Shown here in pieces: positions 8,951 to 19,149 of a stretch of 46,659 bases of DNA (positions within the stretch are counted from its first letter, which is position 1; every line of letters begins with the position of its first letter). The stretch lies in assembly GCA_046726855.1 (NCBI GenBank), contig JBKPBL010000041.1, positions 1 through 46,659 on the forward strand. The letters run 5' to 3'. The notes under the pieces were generated by a model. It was not told the DNA's origin. It was given only the letters and a program-made list of their open reading frames with translations, and did no database searches. Position numbers and translations under genes: made by a program. Origin of the DNA: Actinomycetota bacterium. Its GTDB lineage: Bacteria; Actinomycetota; UBA4738; CALAEC01.

Positions 8951-10104
8951 CCCATCCCCACGCCCTGGCTGCGCTGGAGATCCTTGCCCTCGCTTCGGAT
9001 CGCAGGGGCCACCATCACCTCGGCCTTCTGGAACTCCTTGATCGAGCCGTAGCCGCAGGTGGCCATGGAGGTGCGGAGGGCCCCGAACAGGTTCAGAGAG
9101 CCGTCGTTCTCGTGCGCCGGGCCGACCAGGATCTCCGCCAGCGACCCGATCTGCCTCGTCTTCACCCGGGCCCCACGAGGGAGGTCGGGGTGGAAGGTGG
9201 CCATTCCCCAGTGGAACCCTTGGCCGGGAGCCTCGTACGCCTTGGCCAGGGGCGAGCCGATCATCACCGCGTCGGCCCCGCACGCCACCGCCTTGGCCAC
9301 GTCGCCTCCCGTGCGCATCCCGCCGTCGGCGATCACGTGGACGTACCGACCGGTCTCGTGCATGTGCTGCATCCGGGCCGCCGCGGCGTCCGCGATGGCA
9401 GTGGCCTGGGGAACCCCGACCCCCAAGACCCCCCGAGTGGTGCACGCCGCCCCCGGTCCCACCCCCACCAGCACCCCGACGGCGCCGGTCCGCATCAGGT
9501 GCAGGGCCGTTGAGAACGACGCGCAACCACCGACCACAACGGGGATCTCGAAACGGGCGATGAACTCCTTCAGGTTGAGAGGCTCCGTCCGCGTGGACAC
9601 GTGCTCGGCGGAGACCACGGTGCCCTGGATCACCAAGATGTCGAGCTCCGCCCGGAGGATCAGGTCGGCGTATCTGCGGACCCTCTGAGGGGTGAGAGAG
9701 GCCGCCGAGACGGCCCCGCCGGCCTTGCTCTCCTCGATCCGGCGGGCGATGAGGTCCTCTCTGATCGGCTCCCGGTACAGCTCCTGCATCCGCCGGGTGG
9801 CCTTGTCGTCGGGGAGGGCGGCGATCTCCTCGAGGACCGGCTCGGGGTCCTCGTAACGAGTCTGGAGTCCCTCGAGATTCAGGACGGACAGGCCGCCGAG
9901 CCTGGCGACCTCCACAGCAGTGGCCGGCGAGACCACCGCGTCCATCGCTGAGGCCATCAGGGGAAGCTCGAACCGCCACGCGTCGATCTCCCAGGAGATG
10001 TCGACGTCGTCGGGATCCCGGGTCCGCCTCGAAGGGACTATGGCCACCTCGTCGAACCCGTACCCTCGCCTGGCCGTCTTGCCGATCCCGATCTCGATCT
10101 CCAC
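8947..10104 (-). CDS. guaB3: GuaB3-family IMP dehydrogenase-related protein (no CBS pair)
   Basis: 385 aa. [34 protein letters not shown]..., [46 protein letters not shown]-barrel motifs. GTG start with SD GAGGAGG. Confidence 0.85.
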   Translation of the reverse strand: MEIEIGIGKTARRGYGFDEVAIVPSRRTRDPDDVDISWEIDAWRFELPLMASAMDAVVSPATAVEVARLGGLSVLNLEGLQTRYEDPEPVLEEIAALPDDKATRRMQELYREPIREDLIARRIEESKAGGAVSAASLTPQRVRRYADLILRAELDILVIQGTVVSAEHVSTRTEPLNLKEFIARFEIPVVVGGCASFSTALHLMRTGAVGVLVGVGPGAACTTRGVLGVGVPQATAIADAAAARMQHMHETGRYVHVIADGGMRTGGDVAKAVACGADAVMIGSPLAKAYEAPGQGFHWGMATFHPDLPRGARVKTRQIGSLAEILVGPAHENDGSLNLFGALRTSMATCGYGSIKEFQKAEVMVAPAIRSEGKDLQRSQGVGMG

Positions 10105-10235
10105 CCCGCGCCTCCTCGAATAGCAACGGGCGCCCGGTCGAGGGAGGCGACCAGGCGCCGTCTTCTAGTACCTATGAACCACGCTTTATTCACGGTACCA
10201 CCGGGAGCGAGGGCCTTCAACGAGAGGGGCCCGGC

Positions 10236-10919
10236 GTGGATACACTTGGGATCACGGCGACCACCACCGATCCCGACGCCCAGACGGGCACCGAACCGAC
10301 GAGCCATCGTCCTCGGCGGCCCGGGAGGAGCCTGCGCTTCCTGGGGAAGACGCTCCTCACCGCGGCGTTCATCCTGGGGGCGTACATCGTCTGGCAGCTG
10401 TGGGGAACCGGGATCTACACGGCCCGCCAGCAGGATTCGCTCCGCCAGGAGATCAAGGCGGCCATCGAGAACCCCCGGCCTCAGCTGGGCGAGCCGATCC
10501 CCGGGGGGGCCTACGCGATCCTGGAGATCCCGGCGATCGAGGTGGACGAGGTGGTGGTCCAGGGGATCGACGTCGACTCTCTGAGGAAGGGACCGGGGCA
10601 CTACCCCAAGACCGCGGACCCGTGGGACGAGCGGGGACGGGTGGGGATCGCCGGGCACCGAACCACCTACGGGGCTCCGTTCTGGGACCTGGATCAGGTG
10701 GAGCGGGGGGACGAGATCGTGCTCCACACGGTCCTGGGGACCTACGAGTACCGGGTCACTGAGGCCCGGGACATCCTGCCCACCCAGGTAGGGGTGCTTC
10801 GCAAGCCCGGGACGCCAACCCTGGTCCTGACGACCTGCACGCCCAGGTTCTCGGCGGCGATGCGCCTGGTGGTTTTGGCGGACCAGGTGGCCGGCCCGAG
10901 CGACGCCACAGCGGCCTGA
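10236..10919 (+). CDS. Class E sortase
   Basis: N-terminal TM anchor, GHRTTYGAPF (His), LVLTTCTP (TLxTC Cys) and a downstream Arg (MRLVV). GTG start with SD GAGAGGGG. Confidence 0.85.
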   Translation: MDTLGITATTTDPDAQTGTEPTSHRPRRPGRSLRFLGKTLLTAAFILGAYIVWQLWGTGIYTARQQDSLRQEIKAAIENPRPQLGEPIPGGAYAILEIPAIEVDEVVVQGIDVDSLRKGPGHYPKTADPWDERGRVGIAGHRTTYGAPFWDLDQVERGDEIVLHTVLGTYEYRVTEARDILPTQVGVLRKPGTPTLVLTTCTPRFSAAMRLVVLADQVAGPSDATAA

Positions 10920-10923
10920 GGGG

Positions 10924-11511
10924 CTAGCCGGGCGGGAGGTAGCCGAGCTCCTCGAGCCTGGCGATCAGTAGCTCGAGACACTCCTCCGGGCCGAGCCGGT
11001 CCGTCTCCAAGACCAGCTCCGGATGCTCTGGCGGCTCGTACGGATCGTCCACTCCCGTGAAGCCGGTGATCTCCCCGCGGAACGCCTTCGCGTACAGTCC
11101 CTTGCGATCCCGCTGGGCGCACACCTCGACAGGGCACGACACGAAGACCTCGACGAAGCGAGGGATGCTCCGGCGGACCCGCTCCCGGGCCTCACGGTAG
11201 GGCGAGATGGCCGAGACGATGACCGTGGCCCCGTGATAGGTGAGGCGCTCGGCCACCCAGCCGATACGAAGGATGTTGGCGTCGCGGTCCTCCTTGGAGT
11301 AGCCCAGCCCCCTGGAGAGGTGGGTCCGGACCACGTCGCCGTCGAGCAGCTCGAACCGGCGGCCTCGCCGCTCCAGCACCTCGACCAGCAGCTCGGCCAG
11401 GGTGGACTTTCCCGATCCGGAGAGCCCCGTGAACCACACGGTGAAGCCGCCCTCGGCGGGCCCCGGCCCGAAGCGCTTCGAGGTGGTGATCCACGACGAG
11501 GTGTCGGTCAC
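10924..11511 (-). CDS. cysC: Adenylylsulfate (APS) kinase
   Basis: [10 protein letters not shown]-loop, [19 protein letters not shown]. The GTG start at 11511 overlaps the upstream TGA (GTGA). The track extension to 11742 is off-frame over the upstream gene. Confidence 0.9.
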   Translation of the reverse strand: MTDTSSWITTSKRFGPGPAEGGFTVWFTGLSGSGKSTLAELLVEVLERRGRRFELLDGDVVRTHLSRGLGYSKEDRDANILRIGWVAERLTYHGATVIVSAISPYREARERVRRSIPRFVEVFVSCPVEVCAQRDRKGLYAKAFRGEITGFTGVDDPYEPPEHPELVLETDRLGPEECLELLIARLEELGYLPPG

Positions 11512-12950
11512 AGCAGGGGGCTCCCCTGGACGCCCTCCGGCTCGGGGAGGCCGTACAGCTTCATCAGCGTCGGGCCAACGTCGATGAGCTTCATCCCTTC
11601 GGTCCGGCCGGTCGCCTGCCCTTCCAGGCCCCGGAGGGCGAACACTCCCTTCTTGTCGTGGTTGGCCCCGTCGGGGCCGGTGTCGTTCTCGTACGTGAAG
11701 ACCCCGCCGCCTACGAGGTTCATGGTCCCCACCGAGCGCCACTCGAGGTCCCCGAAGTACACGATGAGGTCCGGGGCCACCCCCCGGACGTCGGGATAGA
11801 CGTCCTGCGGCTTGATCACCTTGGTCCCCAGGGGGTTGCCATCCGGACCGGGCATGGTTTCCAGCTTGCCGGCCAGCTCGTCCCGGACCTTCTCGTAATC
11901 GGAGGGATCGACCACCCCCTGGGGCTCTCGGCCCACGACGTTCAGGAAGAGCCGGCCGTAGTAGCCGCCATCCCCCCAGGCAACCGTCCGCCCCCAGTCG
12001 ACGGGGGCCTTGGCGATCGGCGTGGGGGCCTTGAGCCGCTCGGTGAGCGAGAGGTATCCCTCCCGCTGAAGCCAGTCGTTGAAGCAGACGCCGCCGGTCA
12101 TGGCCCGGGCGCCGTGGTCGGACATCAGGATGGTCACGGCATCATCGGGTAGGGCCTCCAGGAGCGCCCCGATCTCCCGGTCGAGGATCCGGTAGTAGTC
12201 GAGGAACGCCGTCTCGAAGGGGTTGCCCGGCTCGTACTTGGGGTGCTGGGGGTCGCAATGGTGCCAGAAGACGTGGTGCAGCCGGTCCAGGCCCATCTCG
12301 ACCATCATGAACAGATCCCAGGGCTTGTTCCGCACCAGCCGACGGGCCACCCGGAAGCGACGCTCGGTCATGGCGTGGACCCGCTCCAGCACATGGGCCT
12401 CGCCCTGCTCCCGGAAGTTGGGGATGTCGAAGATGTACTCCCCCACCTCCTCTTCGACCTCGGCGGCCAGGTCGGCGGGCCACGTGTACTCCTTGGCCGA
12501 GGGCGGGGTCAGGAAGCAGGACACCCGCCATCCCTCCACGGGCTTGACGGGATACGCCGGCGGGACCCCGATCAGCAGTGACTTCTTGCCGGCCTCCCCC
12601 AGGAGGTCCCACACTGCGGGCTCCCGGACCGACTGCGAGGTGGCGATGGACAATCCCTCGTACGAGCTGTCCTTGCGGTTCCGGAAGCCGTAGATCCCCA
12701 GCTGGCCGGGCGTCTTCCCTGTCATCGCGCAGGCCCACGCCGGGACGGTGATGGGCGGGGTGATGCTCTGGAGATCTCCGTGGAGGCTCCCGTCCAGGAG
12801 GGAGCGGAGGTTGGGCATCTCGTCCGCGTACGTCTCGAACAGGAGCTTGGGAGTGGCGCAGTCGAGGCCGATCACGGCCACCCGGGGTCCATCGGTCACC
12901 AGCGTCGGTCCTTTCGAGGGTGGTTCCAACGAAAGAGCGCCAGCCATCAC
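11508..12950 (-). CDS. Alkaline-phosphatase superfamily protein, type I phosphodiesterase/nucleotide pyrophosphatase (NPP)-like
   Basis: [35 protein letters not shown] (Thr nucleophile context), MSDHG metal-ligand motif. The start is GTG 12950 or ATG 12947, preceded by SD AGGAG. Confidence 0.8.
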   Translation of the reverse strand: MMAGALSLEPPSKGPTLVTDGPRVAVIGLDCATPKLLFETYADEMPNLRSLLDGSLHGDLQSITPPITVPAWACAMTGKTPGQLGIYGFRNRKDSSYEGLSIATSQSVREPAVWDLLGEAGKKSLLIGVPPAYPVKPVEGWRVSCFLTPPSAKEYTWPADLAAEVEEEVGEYIFDIPNFREQGEAHVLERVHAMTERRFRVARRLVRNKPWDLFMMVEMGLDRLHHVFWHHCDPQHPKYEPGNPFETAFLDYYRILDREIGALLEALPDDAVTILMSDHGARAMTGGVCFNDWLQREGYLSLTERLKAPTPIAKAPVDWGRTVAWGDGGYYGRLFLNVVGREPQGVVDPSDYEKVRDELAGKLETMPGPDGNPLGTKVIKPQDVYPDVRGVAPDLIVYFGDLEWRSVGTMNLVGGGVFTYENDTGPDGANHDKKGVFALRGLEGQATGRTEGMKLIDVGPTLMKLYGLPEPEGVQGSPLL

Positions 12951-12968
12951 GGCCGCGCTCCTGTTTTC

Positions 12969-12997
12969 ATTCTAACCGAGGCGAGCCGGCCCCCCAA
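12969..12997 (-). promoter_or_regulatory. Candidate sigma-70-type promoter for the NPP-cysC operon (TTGGGG-17 nt-TAGAAT)
   Basis: On the minus strand the -35 TTGGGG is at 12997-12992 and the -10 TAGAAT at 12974-12969, followed by GAAAACAGGAG (SD) and the start codon. Confidence 0.4.
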
Positions 12998-13016
12998 GTG
13001 CTATACGAGTCTGGCC

Positions 13017-13415
13017 GTGGACCTCCTCAGGCGCGTCCTGTACCTCATGGCCCTCCAGTCCGCCCTGGGCGGACTGGCTCTCGTGGTCGCGCCGCGGCTC
13101 ATCCTGGTGTCGCTGCTCGGCCAGCCCGAATACCCCGACTATGCCTGGCTTCGCCTTCTGGGGATGGCCGCCGTGAGCCTCTCCCTCCTCGCGGTACTGG
13201 TGGCCCAGCGGATCGAGGAGCTGTGGTGGTGGTCCTGGGCCTTCGTCATCCAGGTGGGGGGCCAGGCGGTCGTCTCCACGCTCCACGCCGCCTTCGGCCT
13301 GCCCCAGACGGCCAGCGCGTGGCCCTGGTGGGCCGTGGCCGGGCTCTGGTGGCTGATCGGGGCGGGGATCCTGGTGGGCCTGGCCCGTGCCGGAGCGGAG
13401 TCGGGGCCGGCCTGA
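13017..13415 (+). CDS. Small Trp-rich integral membrane protein (about 4 TM), unknown function
   Basis: Hydrophobic segments with WWWSW and WPWWAVAGLWWLIGAG. Start uncertain: GTG 13017 or ATG 13047. Confidence 0.5.
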   Translation: MDLLRRVLYLMALQSALGGLALVVAPRLILVSLLGQPEYPDYAWLRLLGMAAVSLSLLAVLVAQRIEELWWWSWAFVIQVGGQAVVSTLHAAFGLPQTASAWPWWAVAGLWWLIGAGILVGLARAGAESGPA

Positions 13416-13433
13416 GCCTCGCTGGAGCGGCCT

Positions 13434-15065
<1,632 letters not shown>

Positions 15066-15069
15066 TCAG

Positions 15070-15088
15070 GCGGCCCTACCTGGGCCGC
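15070..15088 (-). other. Stem-loop in the groES-groEL spacer (7-bp GC stem, 5-nt loop)
   Basis: GCGGCCC-AGGTA-GGGCCGC on the minus strand, immediately 5' of the groEL SD GAGGAGG. Confidence 0.5.
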
Positions 15089-15110
15089 ACGCTTCCTTGG
15101 TCCCGTCGGG

Positions 15111-15416
15111 CTAACGCTTGACGATGGCCAGGACGTCCCGGGCCGAGAGCACCAGGTAGTCCTGGCCTGCTACCTTCACCTCGGTCCCGCCGTACTTGGA
15201 GTAGAGGACCCGGTCGCCGACCTTGACGTCCATGGGGACCCGGCTGCCCTCCTCGAACCTCCCGGGGCCGACCGCCACCACCTCGCCCTCCTGGGGCTTC
15301 TCCTTGGCGGTGTCCGGGATGACGATTCCCGAGACGGTCGTCTCTTCCTCCTCCCCCGGCTTGACCACGATCCGGTCGTCCAGGGGCTCCAGATCGAACG
15401 CCTTGGCCTTGGCCAT
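15111..15416 (-). CDS. groES: Co-chaperonin GroES
   Basis: 101 aa. ...[12 protein letters not shown]...[24 protein letters not shown].... [13 protein letters not shown]. Confidence 0.97.
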   Translation of the reverse strand: MAKAKAFDLEPLDDRIVVKPGEEEETTVSGIVIPDTAKEKPQEGEVVAVGPGRFEEGSRVPMDVKVGDRVLYSKYGGTEVKVAGQDYLVLSARDVLAIVKR

Positions 15417-15438
15417 GCTCGACTCCCTCCTTCTCTGA

Positions 15439-15465
15439 TTAGCACTCTGACCGGCTGAGTGCTAA
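15439..15465 (-). promoter_or_regulatory. CIRCE operator (HrcA binding site)
   Basis: Perfect TTAGCACTC-N9-GAGTGCTAA inverted repeat in the groES leader. Confidence 0.92.
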
Positions 15466-15466
15466 C

Positions 15467-15496
15467 AGTCTAGCGAACCCCACCGGGTCCCGGCAA
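15467..15496 (-). promoter_or_regulatory. Candidate groESL promoter (TTGCCG-18 nt-TAGACT)
   Basis: On the minus strand the -35 is at 15496-15491 and the -10 at 15472-15467. The predicted +1 falls inside CIRCE, as is usual for HrcA-controlled promoters. Confidence 0.5.
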
Positions 15497-15524
15497 CCGA
15501 CGATCTGTCCAGTTCGTCATATCG

Positions 15525-15540
15525 ACCCCCCGAGGGGGGC
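15525..15540 (-). terminator. Possible GC hairpin terminator downstream of the beta-propeller gene (C6-GA-G6), no U-tract
   Basis: CCCCCC-TC-GGGGGG on the minus strand. Further C/G-run hairpins occur at about 15550-15580. Terminator function is speculative. Confidence 0.25.
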
Positions 15541-15651
15541 GACATCCACCCCCGGAGATCCCCCTCGGGCCAGGGGAGAGCGACGTTTCGCGGGGGGCCT
15601 TATCTCCTATCCCGTGAAGCCCGCCTGGGAAGTGGATGACCTGGCGCCGGC

Positions 15652-16890
15652 TCAGCAGGCGCACACGATCTCGGTGCGCTCGTCATCCAGCGGGCGTGTG
15701 GATTGTCCGAGCTGATCGATGGTCCCGATGTCCTCGAGGCTCAGCGTACCGACCGTCCGGCCGGTCGCCGTATCGAGGATCAGGATCTGATCCTTCAGCC
15801 CGACGTACAGTCTTCCGATGTCGCCGGCGGCCTGGAGCCCGGTGATCCTCCCTGGGAGCTCCCACGAGCCTGTCGAGCTCAGCGTGGATGCCTCCAGCCC
15901 GAGCAGGCGGGTTCCCTTGCCCAGGTACAGCTTCCCGTCGGATCCGGTCACCGCATGCGCCGTCCCTCCCTGCCAATCGAACGGCGAGTCGCCGGTCCGG
16001 GCGACCGACAGGGCCTCGGTGTCGACCTCCGCGACGGCGCCGGTCGAGCCGTCGGCAACGTACAGACGGGAGCCGTCCGGGGCCACTGTCAGGCCGATCG
16101 ATGCCTCCGTGGCGGCCCCGAAGGCGGCCGGGAGGTCGACGCAGTGAGCCCACTGCTCGTCCAGGCTCAACACGTGGATGAACGCCCGCCTCGTCCCGTC
16201 GGCCCCCTCGATCGTGTAGAGGGTGTACAGGCGATTCCCATCGGGGCTGGTCGTCTGGATCCGGGCGGTTCCCTGCATGGCCTCCTGGAGCTCGGCGTCA
16301 ACCGAATACACTCCCACGACCTCTCTTGTCGCCAGATCGAGTCGGCGGACCCGATAGGAGGTGGGACGCCTGGGCGGCAGGTACTCGATGACGAACAGGC
16401 TTCCTCCGTCGGTGGAGAACGCCTCCGGTTCGAAGTTGCCGTGGAGATCGATCGTCGTCGGCTTTGCGGATTCCTGGTCGATGATCACCAACCGGGTGGT
16501 CGTGCGGCCGACGGGGTAGCCGGCGCCGCCATCGGGCTGGCCCAGGGCAACGCTGCGGCCATCTGTGGACGCCACCTTGACCTCCAGCTTGCCCGGGGCC
16601 TGGCGCGACCAGAGCCGGTTCCCCGACGCCGAGTCGAACACCTCGATCCACGTGTGCCCTGGTTCCCGTGTGGCCTGAACCACGGCCGACCAATCGGTCG
16701 ACGGGGTGGCGTTGCGAAGATGGACGGCGGGCGATTCCGGGGGGACATCGACCAGGGTGATCCCTTCGGAGGTGCGAAGGAACAGGACCTCACCGGGGGG
16801 TGGCGGGAGATCCTCCGATGGCAACCCGGCGAACCCTACCAGCGAGAACGCGGCCAGCGCGGCCATGCGGGCCAGGGGAGCGTTCCGCAT
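15652..16890 (-). CDS. Secreted beta-propeller repeat protein (YVTN/lactonase-like), unknown function
   Basis: N-terminal signal-like MRNAPLARMAALAAFSLVGFAG. Recurrent SPDGNRLY / APDGSRLYVAD / GSDGKLYLG / IGRLYVG blades. Strong SD AAGGAGG. The C-terminus is ...EIVCAC. Confidence 0.7.
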   Translation of the reverse strand: MRNAPLARMAALAAFSLVGFAGLPSEDLPPPPGEVLFLRTSEGITLVDVPPESPAVHLRNATPSTDWSAVVQATREPGHTWIEVFDSASGNRLWSRQAPGKLEVKVASTDGRSVALGQPDGGAGYPVGRTTTRLVIIDQESAKPTTIDLHGNFEPEAFSTDGGSLFVIEYLPPRRPTSYRVRRLDLATREVVGVYSVDAELQEAMQGTARIQTTSPDGNRLYTLYTIEGADGTRRAFIHVLSLDEQWAHCVDLPAAFGAATEASIGLTVAPDGSRLYVADGSTGAVAEVDTEALSVARTGDSPFDWQGGTAHAVTGSDGKLYLGKGTRLLGLEASTLSSTGSWELPGRITGLQAAGDIGRLYVGLKDQILILDTATGRTVGTLSLEDIGTIDQLGQSTRPLDDERTEIVCAC

Positions 16891-16998
16891 CGGATCCTCC
16901 TTCTCCGTCGGACCTATGCGTTAGACGGAGGCGAACGGCCCCCGGTTCGAGAGTATCCGCTCCGGACCGCTACCCAGTCTCCCGGGGCTTTTCCAGAC

Positions 16999-17185
16999 TT
17001 ACTCGCACGGCCACATGCGGGCCCAGTCCAGCGTGAGGAATGGGTGGCGCGTGTTGGAGCCTTCCGACGGCCGGATCTCTATGATCACGAGATCCAACGA
17101 TTCGGACCGAAGAGGGACCGCCTCGGCGTCGGCCTCGATGAGGGGGAACGGCAGTCCGAATTCCTTCTGGAGCGTGGTCGCCGAG
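16999..17185 (-). pseudogene. Probable relic of a class I SAM-dependent methyltransferase gene
   Basis: A stop-to-stop frame with no usable start reads ...LQKEFGLPFPLIEADAEAVPLRSESLDLVI..., resembling the methyltransferase post-I/motif II region (xDAExLPFxDxSFDLVx). The N-terminal motif I is absent, and an upstream TGA lies inside the epimerase 3' end. Confidence 0.3.
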
Positions 17186-18148
17186 CTAGACGCCTTTCAT
17201 GTATGCCACCGTCTCGCCGAGGCCGTCCTCCAGGTGGGTCCACGGGCGCCAGCCGAGCTCCTGCTCGGCGAGGGAGCAGTCCAGGGCGCTCCTGCGGAGG
17301 TCGCCGGGCGGCAGCGGGCCGAACTCCGGCTCGAGCTCGACGCCCACGATCTCGGCCAGCATGCGGTACAGGTGGTTCACGCTGGTCTCCAGGCCTGTCC
17401 CCACGTTGATCAGGCGGCCCGAGCCCCGGTCTATGGCCCGGGCGAAGGCATCGACAGCGTCCGCCACGAAGATGTAGTCCCGGGTCTGGTTCCCGTCCCC
17501 GTTGATCGTGCAGGTCTCTCCGTTCAGAAGCTTGCCGGCGAAGATGGCGATCACGCCGGCCTCCCCGTCGGGGTCCTGTCGAGGGCCGTACACGTTGGCC
17601 ACGGCCAGCTGAGTGTGATCGACGGCCCGGAAGCGCTGGTACAGCGCCAGGTAGTCTCCTCCGGTCCGCTTGGACACCCCATACGCGGAAGCCGGCCGGG
17701 CCCCCGCCGCGGCCGCCTCCTTCACCGGCAGCCGCCGGGGCTCTCCGTACAGAGTGCCCCCGGAGGCCGCGTAGACCACCTTCCGGGTTCCCGTTCGCGA
17801 GGCGCACTGGAGCACGTTCAGGGTCCCCAGGACGTTGACGTCTGCGTCGTACATCGGGTCCTTGGCCGAGACGGCCACGCTTGACTGCGCCGCCAGGTGC
17901 ATCACGACGTCGGGGCGGTGCCTCTCGAAAAGGGCGTGGAGACCCTCCGCCCGGATGTCGAGGTGCTCGAAGGAGAACCGCTTGCCGTAGGACCGCGACT
18001 CGGCCAGGTTGGCGATCCGCCCCACGCTCAGGTCGTCGATCCCAACCACCCGGCGACCCTCGGCCAGGAGTCGGTCGCACAGATGGGAGCCGATGAACCC
18101 GGCGCCACCGGTGACCAGGACGGTCCCACCCCGCTCCTGGTCGCTCAC
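17186..18148 (-). CDS. NAD-dependent nucleoside-diphosphate-sugar epimerase (GalE-like SDR)
   Basis: VLVTGGAGFIGSH Rossmann motif and the YGVSK catalytic YxxxK. The GTG start at 18148 overlaps the tsaD TGA (GTGA). The track extension to 18757 is off-frame over tsaD. Confidence 0.88.
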   Translation of the reverse strand: MSDQERGGTVLVTGGAGFIGSHLCDRLLAEGRRVVGIDDLSVGRIANLAESRSYGKRFSFEHLDIRAEGLHALFERHRPDVVMHLAAQSSVAVSAKDPMYDADVNVLGTLNVLQCASRTGTRKVVYAASGGTLYGEPRRLPVKEAAAAGARPASAYGVSKRTGGDYLALYQRFRAVDHTQLAVANVYGPRQDPDGEAGVIAIFAGKLLNGETCTINGDGNQTRDYIFVADAVDAFARAIDRGSGRLINVGTGLETSVNHLYRMLAEIVGVELEPEFGPLPPGDLRRSALDCSLAEQELGWRPWTHLEDGLGETVAYMKGV

Positions 18149-19149
18149 CGAAGAGGAAGCCCCGGCTCCGCGCCCACATCGAGGGAGGACCGCTCGCCCC
18201 GGGCCAGCCGGAAGTGGCCCACGGCCGCGATCATGGCCCCGTTGTCCGTGCACAGCTTCTCGGAGGGATAGAGGAGGCGGAGGCCGCGGCGATCGGCTTC
18301 CTCGGCCATGAGCTGACGGAGCCTCGAGTTGGCCACCACGCCTCCTCCCAAGAGGACCGCCTCCACACCTTTCGCCTCTGCGGCGGCCATGGTCTTCTGC
18401 ACCTGCACCTCGACCACGGCCTCCTGGAACGAGGCCGCCAGGTCTTGCAGGGGGGTCTCCTTGCCGGCCCGCCCTTCCTGGCGGACATGACGGATCACCG
18501 CCGTCTTCAGTCCCGACAGCGAGAAGTCGTAGTCGCCGGAGCCGGCCATGGCCCGGGGGAACCGAACCGCCTCGGGGTTCCCCTTCATGGCCAGCCGGTC
18601 GAGGGCGGGCCCACCGGGGAAACCCAGGCCCATGAACCGGGCGATCTTGTCGAAGGCCTCGCCGGCGGCGTCGTCGACGGTCTGTCCCAGCACCTCGTAC
18701 CGGTGCTCCTCCGGCATGTACACCAGCATGGTGTGGCCTCCCGATACCAGCAGGCACACGTACGGTGGGTCGGGCGGCCCGTGCTCCAGGAAGTTCGCGT
18801 AGACGTGGCCCTCGAGGTGGTTCACGCCGACCAGCGGCGTGTCCAGGGCCAGGGCCACGGCCTTGGCCGAGGTCAGTCCCACCAGCAGGGCCCCGGCCAA
18901 CCCGGGGCCTCGGGTCACCGCCACGGCCTCGACCTCCCCCCAGTCCGTGCCGGCCTCGGAGAGGGCCTCCTCCATCAGAGGGTTGAGGCGCTCCAGGTGG
19001 GCCCGGGAGGCCAACTCCGGGACCACACCCCCGAACCGGCCGTGGATCTCGTGCTGGCTGGAGAGCACGTTGGACAGGACCTTGACGCCGTCATCGACAA
19101 CGGCCACGGCCGTCTCGTCACAGGAGGTCTCGATGCCCAGGACCCTCAT
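18145..19149 (-). CDS. tsaD: tRNA N6-adenosine threonylcarbamoyltransferase
   Basis: MRVLGIETSCDETAVAVV..., GPGLAGALLVG, SGGHT. The ATG overlaps the rimI TGA (ATGA). Confidence 0.95.
   Translation of the reverse strand: MRVLGIETSCDETAVAVVDDGVKVLSNVLSSQHEIHGRFGGVVPELASRAHLERLNPLMEEALSEAGTDWGEVEAVAVTRGPGLAGALLVGLTSAKAVALALDTPLVGVNHLEGHVYANFLEHGPPDPPYVCLLVSGGHTMLVYMPEEHRYEVLGQTVDDAAGEAFDKIARFMGLGFPGGPALDRLAMKGNPEAVRFPRAMAGSGDYDFSLSGLKTAVIRHVRQEGRAGKETPLQDLAASFQEAVVEVQVQKTMAAAEAKGVEAVLLGGGVVANSRLRQLMAEEADRRGLRLLYPSEKLCTDNGAMIAAVGHFRLARGERSSLDVGAEPGLPLR

Noticed and set aside
8951-10126. The 392-codon N-terminal extension of guaA in the 904-aa track ORF. Similar extensions occur at sucD (to 2466), cysC (to 11742), epimerase (to 18757), rimI (to 19994), tsaE (to 20967), DmpA-like (to 22740), acpS (to 27481), rplM (to 31044), map (to 35533) and rpmC (to 42139).
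   Set aside because: The extensions run off-frame across the upstream, clearly homologous gene and translate to Arg/Pro/Gly-rich sequence. Conserved N-termini begin at internal GTG/ATG codons sitting in stop-start overlaps.
10105-10235. Relatively AT-rich patch (GTGAATAAAGCGTGGTTCATAGGTACTAGAAGAC on the minus strand) between guaB3 and the sortase gene as a defined promoter or riboswitch.
   Set aside because: It is probably the divergent promoter region, but I could not assign convincing -35/-10 hexamers with correct spacing on either strand, so it is not annotated.
13416-13433. Bidirectional terminator between the convergent membrane-protein gene and groEL.
   Set aside because: The gap is only 18 nt and holds at best a 3-5 bp imperfect pairing. 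That is not enough to call.
15466-15651. Structured ncRNA in the 235-bp spacer upstream of groES (runs of C6/G6 forming several hairpins).
   Set aside because: The hairpins are simple homopolymer-run pairings in GC-rich DNA. No conserved motif was recognised, and the region is adequately explained as the terminator/spacer of the beta-propeller gene plus the groESL promoter.
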